34,021 nucleotides of DNA. Origin: a virus (Duplodnaviria; Caudoviricetes). Made by a program: the position numbers and the translations under genes. The stretch lies in the IMG/VR virus record IMGVR_UViG_3300031519_007630, positions 1 to 34,021 of that record. One strand, given 5' to 3'. The first letter of the stretch is position 1, and the number at the start of each line of letters is the position of its first letter. Under the pieces are notes generated by a model. It did no database searches. It saw only the letters and a list, made by a program, of their open reading frames with translations, and was not told the DNA's origin. Below, piece by piece: positions 25,271 to 33,632 of this stretch.

Positions 25271-25714
25271 ATGAAGATCAGCGATAACACAGCAATTTCA
25301 ATGCCAATGCGGAATTTACTTTCCATCTTGGCCGCAGTTGCAATTGGAGTGTGGGGATATTTTGGCCTAGTGGAAAGACTTACACTTTTAGAAATGCAAA
25401 ATGCATCGATAGTAAAAGATCTAGAACACCAAGTGCAGAAACTTACAGCAGATATTGAGAAGAACAACGAATTTAGAATCAAGTACCCAAGAGGTGAATT
25501 AGGTCAAAGTTCACAGGACATAGAACAATTCATGTTAATTGAAGACTTGTACAAATCATTTGACCGAATGCAAAAGCATCTTGACAGCATGTCTAACAAC
25601 AAGATCAACATCGAGTTCTTAAAAGAACAGATGGAAAAAGCACAACAAAACATTGAGAAGTTAAAAGACGCTGACAGAGAAATAGTTTACAAAAACGGAA
25701 ACGGAAAACACTAA
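25271..25714 (+). CDS. membrane-anchored coiled-coil protein
   Basis: One TM followed by heptad-rich region; TAAATA at 25257-25262. Confidence 0.7.
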   Translation: MKISDNTAISMPMRNLLSILAAVAIGVWGYFGLVERLTLLEMQNASIVKDLEHQVQKLTADIEKNNEFRIKYPRGELGQSSQDIEQFMLIEDLYKSFDRMQKHLDSMSNNKINIEFLKEQMEKAQQNIEKLKDADREIVYKNGNGKH

Positions 25715-25911
25715 TGATAAAAAATTTAAAAGATCTAGTTATAGTTATATTGGTAGCTGGCATACTTGCTCTGCTAGGAGTGATAATCATAGGCGACTAT
25801 TATGTTGCACTACAAGAAAATAGACCCATAGACGAAAGTGTTATCACTTTGATGAAAATGGCACTTACAGGACTAATTGGCATTATTGCTGGATGGATGG
25901 GATCTAAATGA
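25714..25911 (+). CDS. small two-TM protein (holin candidate)
   Basis: Two hydrophobic helices in 65 aa, in the lysis region, translationally coupled. Confidence 0.55.
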   Translation: MIKNLKDLVIVILVAGILALLGVIIIGDYYVALQENRPIDESVITLMKMALTGLIGIIAGWMGSK

Positions 25912-26120
25912 TCGAAACAGTAGTAGCCTTGTTAATGTTGGTCAACGGTGAGATCAAAGAACACAGAATACAAGATTCAATGGCAATTTGCCTAAGAGGT
26001 AAACGCACAGCAGAAAGACAATACAGTGCAGGTACAAAGTATCAGTGCCTTAAGGCTAAAGCACAACTAGAGTCTAACATTGACGGCAGTAGATCAATCC
26101 GAGCAATAATATTGGAGTAA
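25908..26120 (+). CDS. small secreted or periplasmic hypothetical protein
   Basis: Hydrophobic N-terminus and two Cys; ATGA overlap. Confidence 0.65.
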   Translation: MIETVVALLMLVNGEIKEHRIQDSMAICLRGKRTAERQYSAGTKYQCLKAKAQLESNIDGSRSIRAIILE

Positions 26121-26126
26121 AAAATA

Positions 26127-26561
26127 ATGTGGACCTATAGAGCAAAAGTTGTTAGAGTCATAGATGGCGACACAGTTGACGTGGACATCGATCTAGGATT
26201 TGGAATTTGGCAGAAGAATGAACGTGTGAGGATCATGGGCATTGACACTCCAGAATCAAGAACAAGAGATAAGATAGAAAAGAAATTTGGATTGGCGGCA
26301 AAAGTCAAACTTAAATCAATACTAGGAAAAATAACTGTATTGAAAACCACAATCAACAAAAAAGGTGTTGACATGAAGGGTAAGTTTGGCAGGGTTCTAG
26401 GCGACTTCTTGCAGAATGATAAATCTGTGGCAAAAATAATGTGTGAAACAGGACACGCAGTTGCATACTTTGGTGGTGCAAAAGCAGATGTTCAAAAGCA
26501 ACACATTAAGAACAGGAAGAAACTAGTGGCACAGGGAGTTGTCAAAGGTGCCATTGAATAA
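26127..26561 (+). CDS. thermonuclease (staphylococcal nuclease family)
   Basis: VIDGDT, RIMGIDTPE and GKFGRVLG motifs; GGAG SD. Confidence 0.9.
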   Translation: MWTYRAKVVRVIDGDTVDVDIDLGFGIWQKNERVRIMGIDTPESRTRDKIEKKFGLAAKVKLKSILGKITVLKTTINKKGVDMKGKFGRVLGDFLQNDKSVAKIMCETGHAVAYFGGAKADVQKQHIKNRKKLVAQGVVKGAIE

Positions 26562-26588
26562 ATACGTATATTAAACGGAGAATAAAAC

Positions 26589-27179
26589 ATGGAAATGATA
26601 GTAGCACTAGCAATGAAATTTTGGCAATGGACAGTATTAATCGCTGTTGTAATAATTGCCGCAATTATAAATTTTACAGACAAAAGAGCAACAACAAAAT
26701 TAAAATTTTACTACAAGGGAATGCCTAAGTTACAACCTATACCAATTAAAACAAAAGGAAAAGGTTTTTGGAAAGGTATTCTTATGTGGTTATTGTCAAC
26801 AAGGAATTGGGAAGTGACAGAAGATTGGAAGTATAACATTGATGGTGAAGAGTATGTGATACCAGCAGGATTTCAATTTGACGGAGCAAGTATTCCAAAA
26901 TTTTTAAGATCTTTCTTTTCACCGGTTGGTGTATTATTGATCGGCGGACTTGTTCATGACTACGCATACAAATACAAAACACTTCTTAAGAAAAATAAAA
27001 AACAAACCATGGGCGAAATAGATCAAAAAAGAGCAGATGTAATTTTTAGAGATATTAATATAATTGTTAACGGCTTCTATTCCATGAACTATCTAGCATA
27101 CTGGTCATTAAGAATAGGTGGCTTTGTAGCATGGAACGGTCATAGAAAAAGAAATGCTAAAATCAAAGGTATAAAATAA
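26589..27179 (+). CDS. DUF1353-like protein with N-terminal TM
   Basis: IPAGF.FDGASIP...VHDYAY...AD..F motif; TAAATA at 26559-26564 and GGAG SD. Confidence 0.75.
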   Translation: MEMIVALAMKFWQWTVLIAVVIIAAIINFTDKRATTKLKFYYKGMPKLQPIPIKTKGKGFWKGILMWLLSTRNWEVTEDWKYNIDGEEYVIPAGFQFDGASIPKFLRSFFSPVGVLLIGGLVHDYAYKYKTLLKKNKKQTMGEIDQKRADVIFRDINIIVNGFYSMNYLAYWSLRIGGFVAWNGHRKRNAKIKGIK

Positions 27180-27496
27180 TGGCTGTTTTAAAAGAAGACA
27201 TGATTGTACCAAAAAAGAAAGTCAACATTGAACTAGAAGTTGACACCAACGTGCATGACAGTTCAAAAAACAAATATCAAGGTCTTATAGATCTTGCTAA
27301 AGCAGTTGACAGTTGGAGAATATTTCCAAGAATATTCATTACCACTTATATCATTTTACTATACAAATGTGTTATATGGTACATGAATTTACCAAATCCC
27401 TCAATGGAACAGTCAGGTTTGATTAGTATTGTTGTTGGTGCTGGTGCGGCCTGGTTTGGATTGTACACCGGATCAAGAGCAAAGTCTAGCAAATAG
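27179..27496 (+). CDS. two-TM membrane protein (holin candidate)
   Basis: D.WRIFPR followed by two TM helices and a basic C-terminus. Confidence 0.6.
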   Translation: MAVLKEDMIVPKKKVNIELEVDTNVHDSSKNKYQGLIDLAKAVDSWRIFPRIFITTYIILLYKCVIWYMNLPNPSMEQSGLISIVVGAGAAWFGLYTGSRAKSSK

Positions 27497-27504
27497 TCAC
27501 CACA

Positions 27505-27532
27505 TTGACAGATTACATATCTGTTGTAAAAT
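27505..27532 (+). promoter_or_regulatory. sigma70-like promoter with inverted repeat in the spacer
   Basis: TTGACA-16 nt-TAAAAT; ACAGAT-N5-ATCTGT at 27508-27524; ATG 6 nt downstream. Confidence 0.7.
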
Positions 27533-27538
27533 ATACTA

Positions 27539-28390
27539 ATGAAAGATTACTATAAAATTCTCGGTGTTTCCGAAGATTCTTCTGCTGACGAAATAAAAAG
27601 AGCATTTAGAAAACTTGCTGTACAACATCACCCTGATAGAGGCGGTGATGAGAAAAAGTTTAAAGAAGCAAACGAAGCATATGACACCTTAAAGGATATT
27701 AACAAAAAACAAGAATACGACACTATGAGAAGATTTGGTTCAAGGTCTCGTGGACAAGGTTCTGGTTTTAGATTTAACACTGGAAACTTTGATGAATTTT
27801 TTGGTGGTGATTTTTTTGATGAATTTATGAGTGGAGTTGGTCCTTTTAGAACTAAACAAAGATTTAGACAAAGACAACAAGTCAACAAAGATGTGTCGAT
27901 AAGAATATCATTGAGTATAAAGGAAATTACAAAGAGCGTTAAAAAAACAATCAGCGTAAAGTTGCCATCGGGCAAAGAAGAAATAGTCGACGTCAAGATA
28001 GGTGCTGGTGTACAACATGGCACAGTCTTTAAATATCCTGGACTTGGAGATAATGCAAATAAAAACTTGCCACGAGGCAATCTATTAATAAGAGTAAATG
28101 TTTTAGATTCGGACGGATTTACTAGAAAAGGAAATGATCTTTGGACCGACCGTACTATAGACGCCATTCAGGCAATGACAGGTACAGAATTTCAAATACG
28201 TGACCTAGATGACAACGTTGTATCCGTCAAAATTCCAGCTGGTACACAACCTAACAGTGTTCTACAACTCAGTAACAAAGGAATGCCTGTACACGAAACC
28301 TTATCAATTAGAGGAAATATGTATATAAAAATACACATTACAATACCAAAATTGACCAAACAACAATTAAATAAAATAAAAGAGTTATAA
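27539..28390 (+). CDS. dnaJ: DnaJ-class co-chaperone (type II, CbpA-like, no zinc finger)
   Basis: DYYKILGV...HPD J-domain, G/F-rich linker, C-terminal substrate-binding domain, no CxxCxGxG repeats. Confidence 0.92.
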   Translation: MKDYYKILGVSEDSSADEIKRAFRKLAVQHHPDRGGDEKKFKEANEAYDTLKDINKKQEYDTMRRFGSRSRGQGSGFRFNTGNFDEFFGGDFFDEFMSGVGPFRTKQRFRQRQQVNKDVSIRISLSIKEITKSVKKTISVKLPSGKEEIVDVKIGAGVQHGTVFKYPGLGDNANKNLPRGNLLIRVNVLDSDGFTRKGNDLWTDRTIDAIQAMTGTEFQIRDLDDNVVSVKIPAGTQPNSVLQLSNKGMPVHETLSIRGNMYIKIHITIPKLTKQQLNKIKEL

Positions 28391-28393
28391 ATT

Positions 28394-28900
28394 ATGCTAC
28401 AGATATACCTACACCCTGCGCAGTGTCTTACAACCAAAAGCGATCCTTTTAATTTTGAACAAGGTGTACCTGGTCATAACGACTTAGAAAAATTTGAGAA
28501 TGACATGGTCAAGCTCATGATATCGTCAAAAGGAATAGGGTTGGCCGCAAACCAAATAGGCATTACCAAACGATTCTTTTGTTTAGGTTATGAATCATTT
28601 GACGTATTCACAAAACCTGTTATAATATGGAATCCACAGATAAAAACAAGTTCGGAAGAAACTGTTGTGGATGTAGAAGGTTGTTTAAGTTTTCCAGATA
28701 TTTGGATTAAAGTAGACAGACCAAAAAAGGTTACAGTAACTTGGCAAAATATGAAAGGTGAAACATTGATGCAACATTTAGACGGAATGGAAAGTAAATG
28801 TTTTCAACACGAACTAGATCACCTTGACGGAATTACATTTAACACCAGAGTTTCAAAATTGAAATGGGACATGGCTCAAAAGAAAGCACTTAAAAAATGA
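28394..28900 (+). CDS. def: peptide deformylase
   Basis: GIGLAANQ, EGCLS and QHELDHLDG motifs. Confidence 0.95.
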   Translation: MLQIYLHPAQCLTTKSDPFNFEQGVPGHNDLEKFENDMVKLMISSKGIGLAANQIGITKRFFCLGYESFDVFTKPVIIWNPQIKTSSEETVVDVEGCLSFPDIWIKVDRPKKVTVTWQNMKGETLMQHLDGMESKCFQHELDHLDGITFNTRVSKLKWDMAQKKALKK

Positions 28901-31206
28901 TTGAAAGCACAGACGATCTAGAAAATATATTTGAACAAGCAGTAAAAGAAGCAGAGAAAAGAAGACATGAATATGTCACTATAGAGCATTTACTGTTAGC
29001 ACTGGTCAAAGACAAAAACATTGGAACCATATTGCATGATTTCAAAGTTAAGATGCCTACTTTAATAAGAGAGCTTGAAGGATATCTTGATAATGAAGTT
29101 AAAGATATAATAGTAAAAGATTTAACCAAACCTGTTAATCCAAGAAAAACTGCTTCATTAGAAAGATTAATGAACAGAGCATTTACACAGGCACTGTTTC
29201 AAGGCAGACAGGATCTTAAACCTATAGATATATTATTAAGTATTTTTGCTGAAAAAAGAAGTTACTCTGCATTTTTACTTAAAAAATTTAATGTCAACAA
29301 AGATGATTTGACAGACATGATAAGTGCTGAAACTATTATTGATGATAGTGGATTTGGGCCGGGCGGAGAACAAAAACTAAGACCAAATCAAGCAGATAAA
29401 ATTTTAAAAAACTATACAGAAAATTTAAATCAAAAATATTTTGATAAAAAAATAGATCCAGTAATAGGACGTGAAGTAGAACTTGATATTATAAAGCAAA
29501 CACTTGCAAGAAGAAACAAGAATAATGTTTTACTTGTTGGTGATCCCGGCGTAGGAAAAACAGCAGTTGTAGAAGGACTGGCACGTAGAATTGCTAAAAA
29601 CAAAGAAGATGTACCAGAATATCTTAAAGATCATATTGTATACAGTTTAGATGTATCTGGCATGATAGCAGGTTCTAAGTTCAGAGGAGACTTTGAAGAA
29701 AGATTAAAACTAATTTTAAATGCACTAGAAAAGAAAGGCAAAAGTATTCTATTTGTTGACGAAGCACACATGATGGTAGGGGCAGGATCAACAGGGCAAG
29801 GAGGAGTTGATCTAGCACAAATGATTAAACCTGTGCTTACAAAAGGTACAATTAAAGTAATTGCATCAACTACCTGGGAAGAATATAGAAAGTTTTTTGA
29901 AAAAGACAGAGCTTTAATGAGAAGATTTCAACGAGTGCAGATAGGTGAGCCAGATAACGATACTGCAATAAAAATTCTTAAAGGAGTAAAGACATATTAT
30001 GAACAGTTTCACGGCTGTAAAATTACAGATGAGGCTTGCGAAGACTGTGTTGAATATTCAGCAAAGTATATTGCTGATAAAAAACTTCCAGATAAAGCCA
30101 TAGATATTTTAGATTCTGCTTGTGCAAGATTAAGATTGAATGAAATTAAAGATGGCAAAATTGATCATGATCAGGTGATACACGAAATTTCAAAAGCAAC
30201 AGGTATATCAATTGAACAATTGTCTCAAAAACAAGCCGTAAATTTAAAAACACTTGACGAAAAAATGAAATTACAAATATACGGTCAAGATAAAGCATTG
30301 AACAACATTATCGATAAAATTTTAGTATCAAGAGCAGGACTTAAATCCTTAAACAAACCAGTAGGATCATTTTTGTTTTTAGGACCTACAGGTTGTGGTA
30401 AGACTGAAACAGCAAGACAATTAGCAAAAACACTTGGTGTCGAACTACTTAGATTTGATATGTCGGAATATCAAGAAAAACATTCAATTGCAAAATTAAT
30501 AGGATCACCTCCAGGCTACGTAGGGTACGAAGATTCAAACATGGGTGGCGGAATGTTTGTAAATGAAGTTGAAAAAAATCCTCACGCAGTAGTTTTATTT
30601 GATGAGATTGAAAAGGCACACCGAGATGTGTCAAATATGTTGTTACAAGTGATGGATTATGGTACAGTCACTGGATCAAATGGAAAGAAAGCGGATTGTA
30701 GAAACATTACTTTGATTCTTACTTCTAACTTAGGAGCAGAGGAAATGGAAAAAGCAACTTTAGGTTTTGGTGAATCAGAAAGAACAGAAGACGACGATGC
30801 AATGAAAAGATTTTTTCCGCCAGAGTTTAGGAATAGACTAGATGCTGTAATTAGATTTAATAAATTAAAGAAAGACACAATGAAAAAAATTGTTAAAAAA
30901 TTCATCCTAGATCTTAACAATATGACTGTTGAGAAAAATGTTGAGGTTAATTCAAGTGAAGAAGCAGTTGAATATCTAATAGATAAAGGATTTGATGACA
31001 AACTAGGAGCAAGGCCGTTGCAGAGAATAATAGACAATGAAATTAAAAAGCCATTGTCACGAATGATTTTATTTGGTGATTTACAAGATGGCGGCAGAGT
31101 TGAAGTGAATGTTGTAGATAAAGAACTACAGATTACGTACAAAAAACCAGTCCAAACAAAAACAAAAACAAAAACAAAGAAAACTGTAGATGAGAAAACA
31201 TCATAA
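28897..31206 (+). CDS. clpA: ATP-dependent Clp unfoldase, ClpA type
   Basis: Clp N-domain (HEYVTIEHLLLAL), two AAA+ modules (GDPGVGKT, GPTGCGKT), no ClpB middle coiled coil, LGF ClpP-docking loop. Confidence 0.9.
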   Translation: MIESTDDLENIFEQAVKEAEKRRHEYVTIEHLLLALVKDKNIGTILHDFKVKMPTLIRELEGYLDNEVKDIIVKDLTKPVNPRKTASLERLMNRAFTQALFQGRQDLKPIDILLSIFAEKRSYSAFLLKKFNVNKDDLTDMISAETIIDDSGFGPGGEQKLRPNQADKILKNYTENLNQKYFDKKIDPVIGREVELDIIKQTLARRNKNNVLLVGDPGVGKTAVVEGLARRIAKNKEDVPEYLKDHIVYSLDVSGMIAGSKFRGDFEERLKLILNALEKKGKSILFVDEAHMMVGAGSTGQGGVDLAQMIKPVLTKGTIKVIASTTWEEYRKFFEKDRALMRRFQRVQIGEPDNDTAIKILKGVKTYYEQFHGCKITDEACEDCVEYSAKYIADKKLPDKAIDILDSACARLRLNEIKDGKIDHDQVIHEISKATGISIEQLSQKQAVNLKTLDEKMKLQIYGQDKALNNIIDKILVSRAGLKSLNKPVGSFLFLGPTGCGKTETARQLAKTLGVELLRFDMSEYQEKHSIAKLIGSPPGYVGYEDSNMGGGMFVNEVEKNPHAVVLFDEIEKAHRDVSNMLLQVMDYGTVTGSNGKKADCRNITLILTSNLGAEEMEKATLGFGESERTEDDDAMKRFFPPEFRNRLDAVIRFNKLKKDTMKKIVKKFILDLNNMTVEKNVEVNSSEEAVEYLIDKGFDDKLGARPLQRIIDNEIKKPLSRMILFGDLQDGGRVEVNVVDKELQITYKKPVQTKTKTKTKKTVDEKTS

Positions 31207-31810
31207 TAAATTATATTTTGGCAAGTATACTCACAAGGCAACATTTATTATTCCTAAAATAAATGTCCTTTATCCGACTAACAGTTATTATTTAGATAAA
31301 CTTCTTAGTCAATTAAATATTGACGAGCCTTGTGCTAAAGTTGCAAATTTTATTATAAACAACAGAGAAAATTGTAATTTTAGAATACAAAATAACAAGA
31401 TAATTTTTTATGCAAATAAAAATTTAATATTTGAACTTATTACTGACCTGTGGGATCAGTGGTGCAATATGAAAACTGTCAATATAAAACATTTGCAATT
31501 ACTCAACAAAAACACAATGGTTTGTAAGAGATTGCCTTTGGGTAAATTTTTATATCAAATACACGTTAAATCAGATATGTACGATAAGATTACAACGGAT
31601 CAAAGAGAGTTATTGTACAAATACCTTACCCAAAACGAAGACAATGCAACTATTACTAATAGAAACTTAAAACAATGGCTATCGGGCAATGGAGCAATAC
31701 ATTATGATTTGACTGGTTATTTTTATGTAAAAGACGAAAAGGCGTTGATGCCTATATACATGATCTCAAACCATATTGTTGATCGTGTAACAAAATTTGT
31801 GAAAGTTTAA
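31190..31810 (+). CDS. hypothetical protein
   Basis: 206-aa ORF overlapping the clpA stop. Confidence 0.7.
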   Translation: MRKHHNKLYFGKYTHKATFIIPKINVLYPTNSYYLDKLLSQLNIDEPCAKVANFIINNRENCNFRIQNNKIIFYANKNLIFELITDLWDQWCNMKTVNIKHLQLLNKNTMVCKRLPLGKFLYQIHVKSDMYDKITTDQRELLYKYLTQNEDNATITNRNLKQWLSGNGAIHYDLTGYFYVKDEKALMPIYMISNHIVDRVTKFVKV

Positions 31811-31811
31811 T

Positions 31812-32117
31812 ATGATAGAAATAATTAAAAAATTAGTAGATAAAAACATTTTCAAAGAAGACACACTAATAGAAGCAGAGGTTACTAAATCATTTATGGG
31901 ATCACCTGTCAAAAAGGTAGTTGTGTTAAAAGTGAAGCAAGTTTATGACACATATTGTTTGGCCGATGAACAAAATGCTTTGGAATATAATCCTCCTATG
32001 AGAAAAATAATGTTTAAAAATATCACTATTGTTGATGGCATGGAACCAATTGAATTAGCCGCTGTTTACGGACTAGCACCAAAAACAACTAGATTCAACA
32101 CACGTCAAGAACAATAA
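31812..32117 (+). CDS. hypothetical protein
   Basis: 101-aa ORF in the operon; VDGMEP..LA..Y motif. Confidence 0.7.
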   Translation: MIEIIKKLVDKNIFKEDTLIEAEVTKSFMGSPVKKVVVLKVKQVYDTYCLADEQNALEYNPPMRKIMFKNITIVDGMEPIELAAVYGLAPKTTRFNTRQEQ

Positions 32118-32127
32118 ATAAGAGCAT

Positions 32128-32703
32128 ATGGCACAATCGAGTACTACACTATCTGGACAAACAACATTTAAATCTGCAATCACGATTGCAGAAGGTGCTA
32201 CTTTTACGTCAGCAACAAAGAAGATTTCAGCGGCATCAACTAGTTTATCAAGTTTATCTGTTAGAGATTTAATAACTGTGACTGGTACTACTTCGAACAA
32301 CAGTACATTCACTGTTGCAACTGTTGACGATAATGGAACTTTTATTACAGTGCAAGAAGATATTACTACAGAAACTTCAGATGGCTCTACAGATACAGTT
32401 TTAACATATGTAGGATTTGTTACCGATAAAGTAAAAGGTGATGGTTATTACTCTCAGCCAGAAGGCGTACACACAGTAGCGTTTTATGTCACTGCAACTT
32501 GTACAGGTGCTCTTAAAATGCAAGGATCGTTGGCAACAACTCCAACAGAAGACGATTTCTTTGACATAGATAATACTACATTTACAACAGATCAAAGTAC
32601 AACAATTAATTCTGTTAACTTTACAGGAAATTTTGTTTGGGTAAGAGCAAAACTTACAGGCAATACTGCAGGCTCAGTTAGTAAAATTCTTTTCAATCAT
32701 TAA
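32128..32703 (+). CDS. Thr/Ser-rich putative virion protein
   Basis: TAAATA at 32115-32120; beta-rich; GDGYY....G.HTV...NFTGNFVWVRA. Confidence 0.65.
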   Translation: MAQSSTTLSGQTTFKSAITIAEGATFTSATKKISAASTSLSSLSVRDLITVTGTTSNNSTFTVATVDDNGTFITVQEDITTETSDGSTDTVLTYVGFVTDKVKGDGYYSQPEGVHTVAFYVTATCTGALKMQGSLATTPTEDDFFDIDNTTFTTDQSTTINSVNFTGNFVWVRAKLTGNTAGSVSKILFNH

Positions 32704-32741
32704 TCTATATATTACGCGACTTTTAGTAAGAACAATTTTAG

Positions 32742-32769
32742 TTGACAGATCTGTATTCTAGTTTATACT
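32742..32769 (+). promoter_or_regulatory. sigma70-like promoter with palindrome
   Basis: TTGACA-16 nt-TATACT; perfect palindrome ACAGATCTGT at 32745-32754; ATG 6 nt downstream. Confidence 0.65.
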
Positions 32770-32775
32770 AGTAGT

Positions 32776-32964
32776 ATGAATGATAAAGACATAGAAAAAA
32801 TACAAACCATTGACATTACTGTGACTGCAGAATCATTAGACGCTCATGTTCAATGTTTAAAAGATAACGGATATTCGGTCAACAAAAACACTACAAACTT
32901 TTTGCATCTAACACTTTGTTTTTTAATTGGTGCATTTATAATGGGGACAATAATAAATGGATAA
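32776..32964 (+). CDS. small protein with C-terminal TM
   Basis: Directly after the promoter; hydrophobic C-terminus. Confidence 0.6.
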   Translation: MNDKDIEKIQTIDITVTAESLDAHVQCLKDNGYSVNKNTTNFLHLTLCFLIGAFIMGTIING

Positions 32965-33145
32965 GGTAACAATTACTTGTTTAGATAACGGCAAAACCAA
33001 ACTAGCTGATGTTTTAACCCAAACAGACAAACACATGAAAGTTGTAATTGAAGGAACCACAATAACTGTAGAGTTATCAAGACAGGACGTAAATAAACCG
33101 TACATAGGAAACACAGCAGGTTTAGAATTTACGTATGGAGACTGA
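32957..33145 (+). CDS. small beta-rich hypothetical protein
   Basis: 62-aa ORF overlapping both neighbours. Confidence 0.65.
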   Translation: MDKVTITCLDNGKTKLADVLTQTDKHMKVVIEGTTITVELSRQDVNKPYIGNTAGLEFTYGD

Positions 33146-33617
33146 AAAATTAAAAGTTAAACTAGAATTATATTCAACTTTCTGGGATAAAAAGCCAAAA
33201 ATAGAAGTTTGTATTGATAATGAATCCAAATACAAAAATGAAGTCACAGGCACTGAACATAAACCTGACATAATAGAATTTACACACGAATTTACACACG
33301 ATAAAAAATATAAACTTAGGCTAATCAGAAGCAACAAAGGAAAAAATCAAACAGTCCTTAATAAAAAAGGAGAAATTGAAAAAGATCAGTTAATACACAT
33401 AAAATACATAGAAATAGATGAAATTGATATTGGTGCTTTGGTATATGCAGGTGTATACACTCCAGAATACCCGGAACCATGGTACTCACAACAGCAGGCT
33501 AAAAAATTAACGCCGCCAAAAAGTTTAACAAATGTCACTGCTATGGGGCATAATGGAGCATGGGAATTGGAATTTAAATCTCCATTTTACATGTGGTTGT
33601 TAGAGAACTTGTATTAA
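33135..33617 (+). CDS. hypothetical phage protein
   Basis: 160-aa ORF ending G.NG.W.L.F.SPFYMWLLENL. Confidence 0.75.
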   Translation: METEKLKVKLELYSTFWDKKPKIEVCIDNESKYKNEVTGTEHKPDIIEFTHEFTHDKKYKLRLIRSNKGKNQTVLNKKGEIEKDQLIHIKYIEIDEIDIGALVYAGVYTPEYPEPWYSQQQAKKLTPPKSLTNVTAMGHNGAWELEFKSPFYMWLLENLY

Positions 33618-33632
33618 TAAATACAGTACATT

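Noticed and set aside
31154-31180. Short (ACAAAA)n run at the end of clpA as a phase-variation tract
   Set aside because: The 6-nt unit is in frame and only encodes a TKTKTK tail, so slippage would not change frame.
28897-31206. ClpB disaggregase
   Set aside because: It lacks the long middle coiled-coil domain and has an LGF ClpP-binding loop, which fits ClpA.
27539-31206. Bacterial chromosomal origin of the window, suggested by housekeeping-like genes
   Set aside because: These genes are interspersed with gp9/gp10-like fibres, a lysis cassette, a gp44-like clamp loader and T4-late-like promoters, and they lack their usual bacterial operon partners.
33276-33301. 12-bp tandem duplication GAATTTACACAC
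   Set aside because: A simple in-frame EFTH-EFTH duplication with no further copies.
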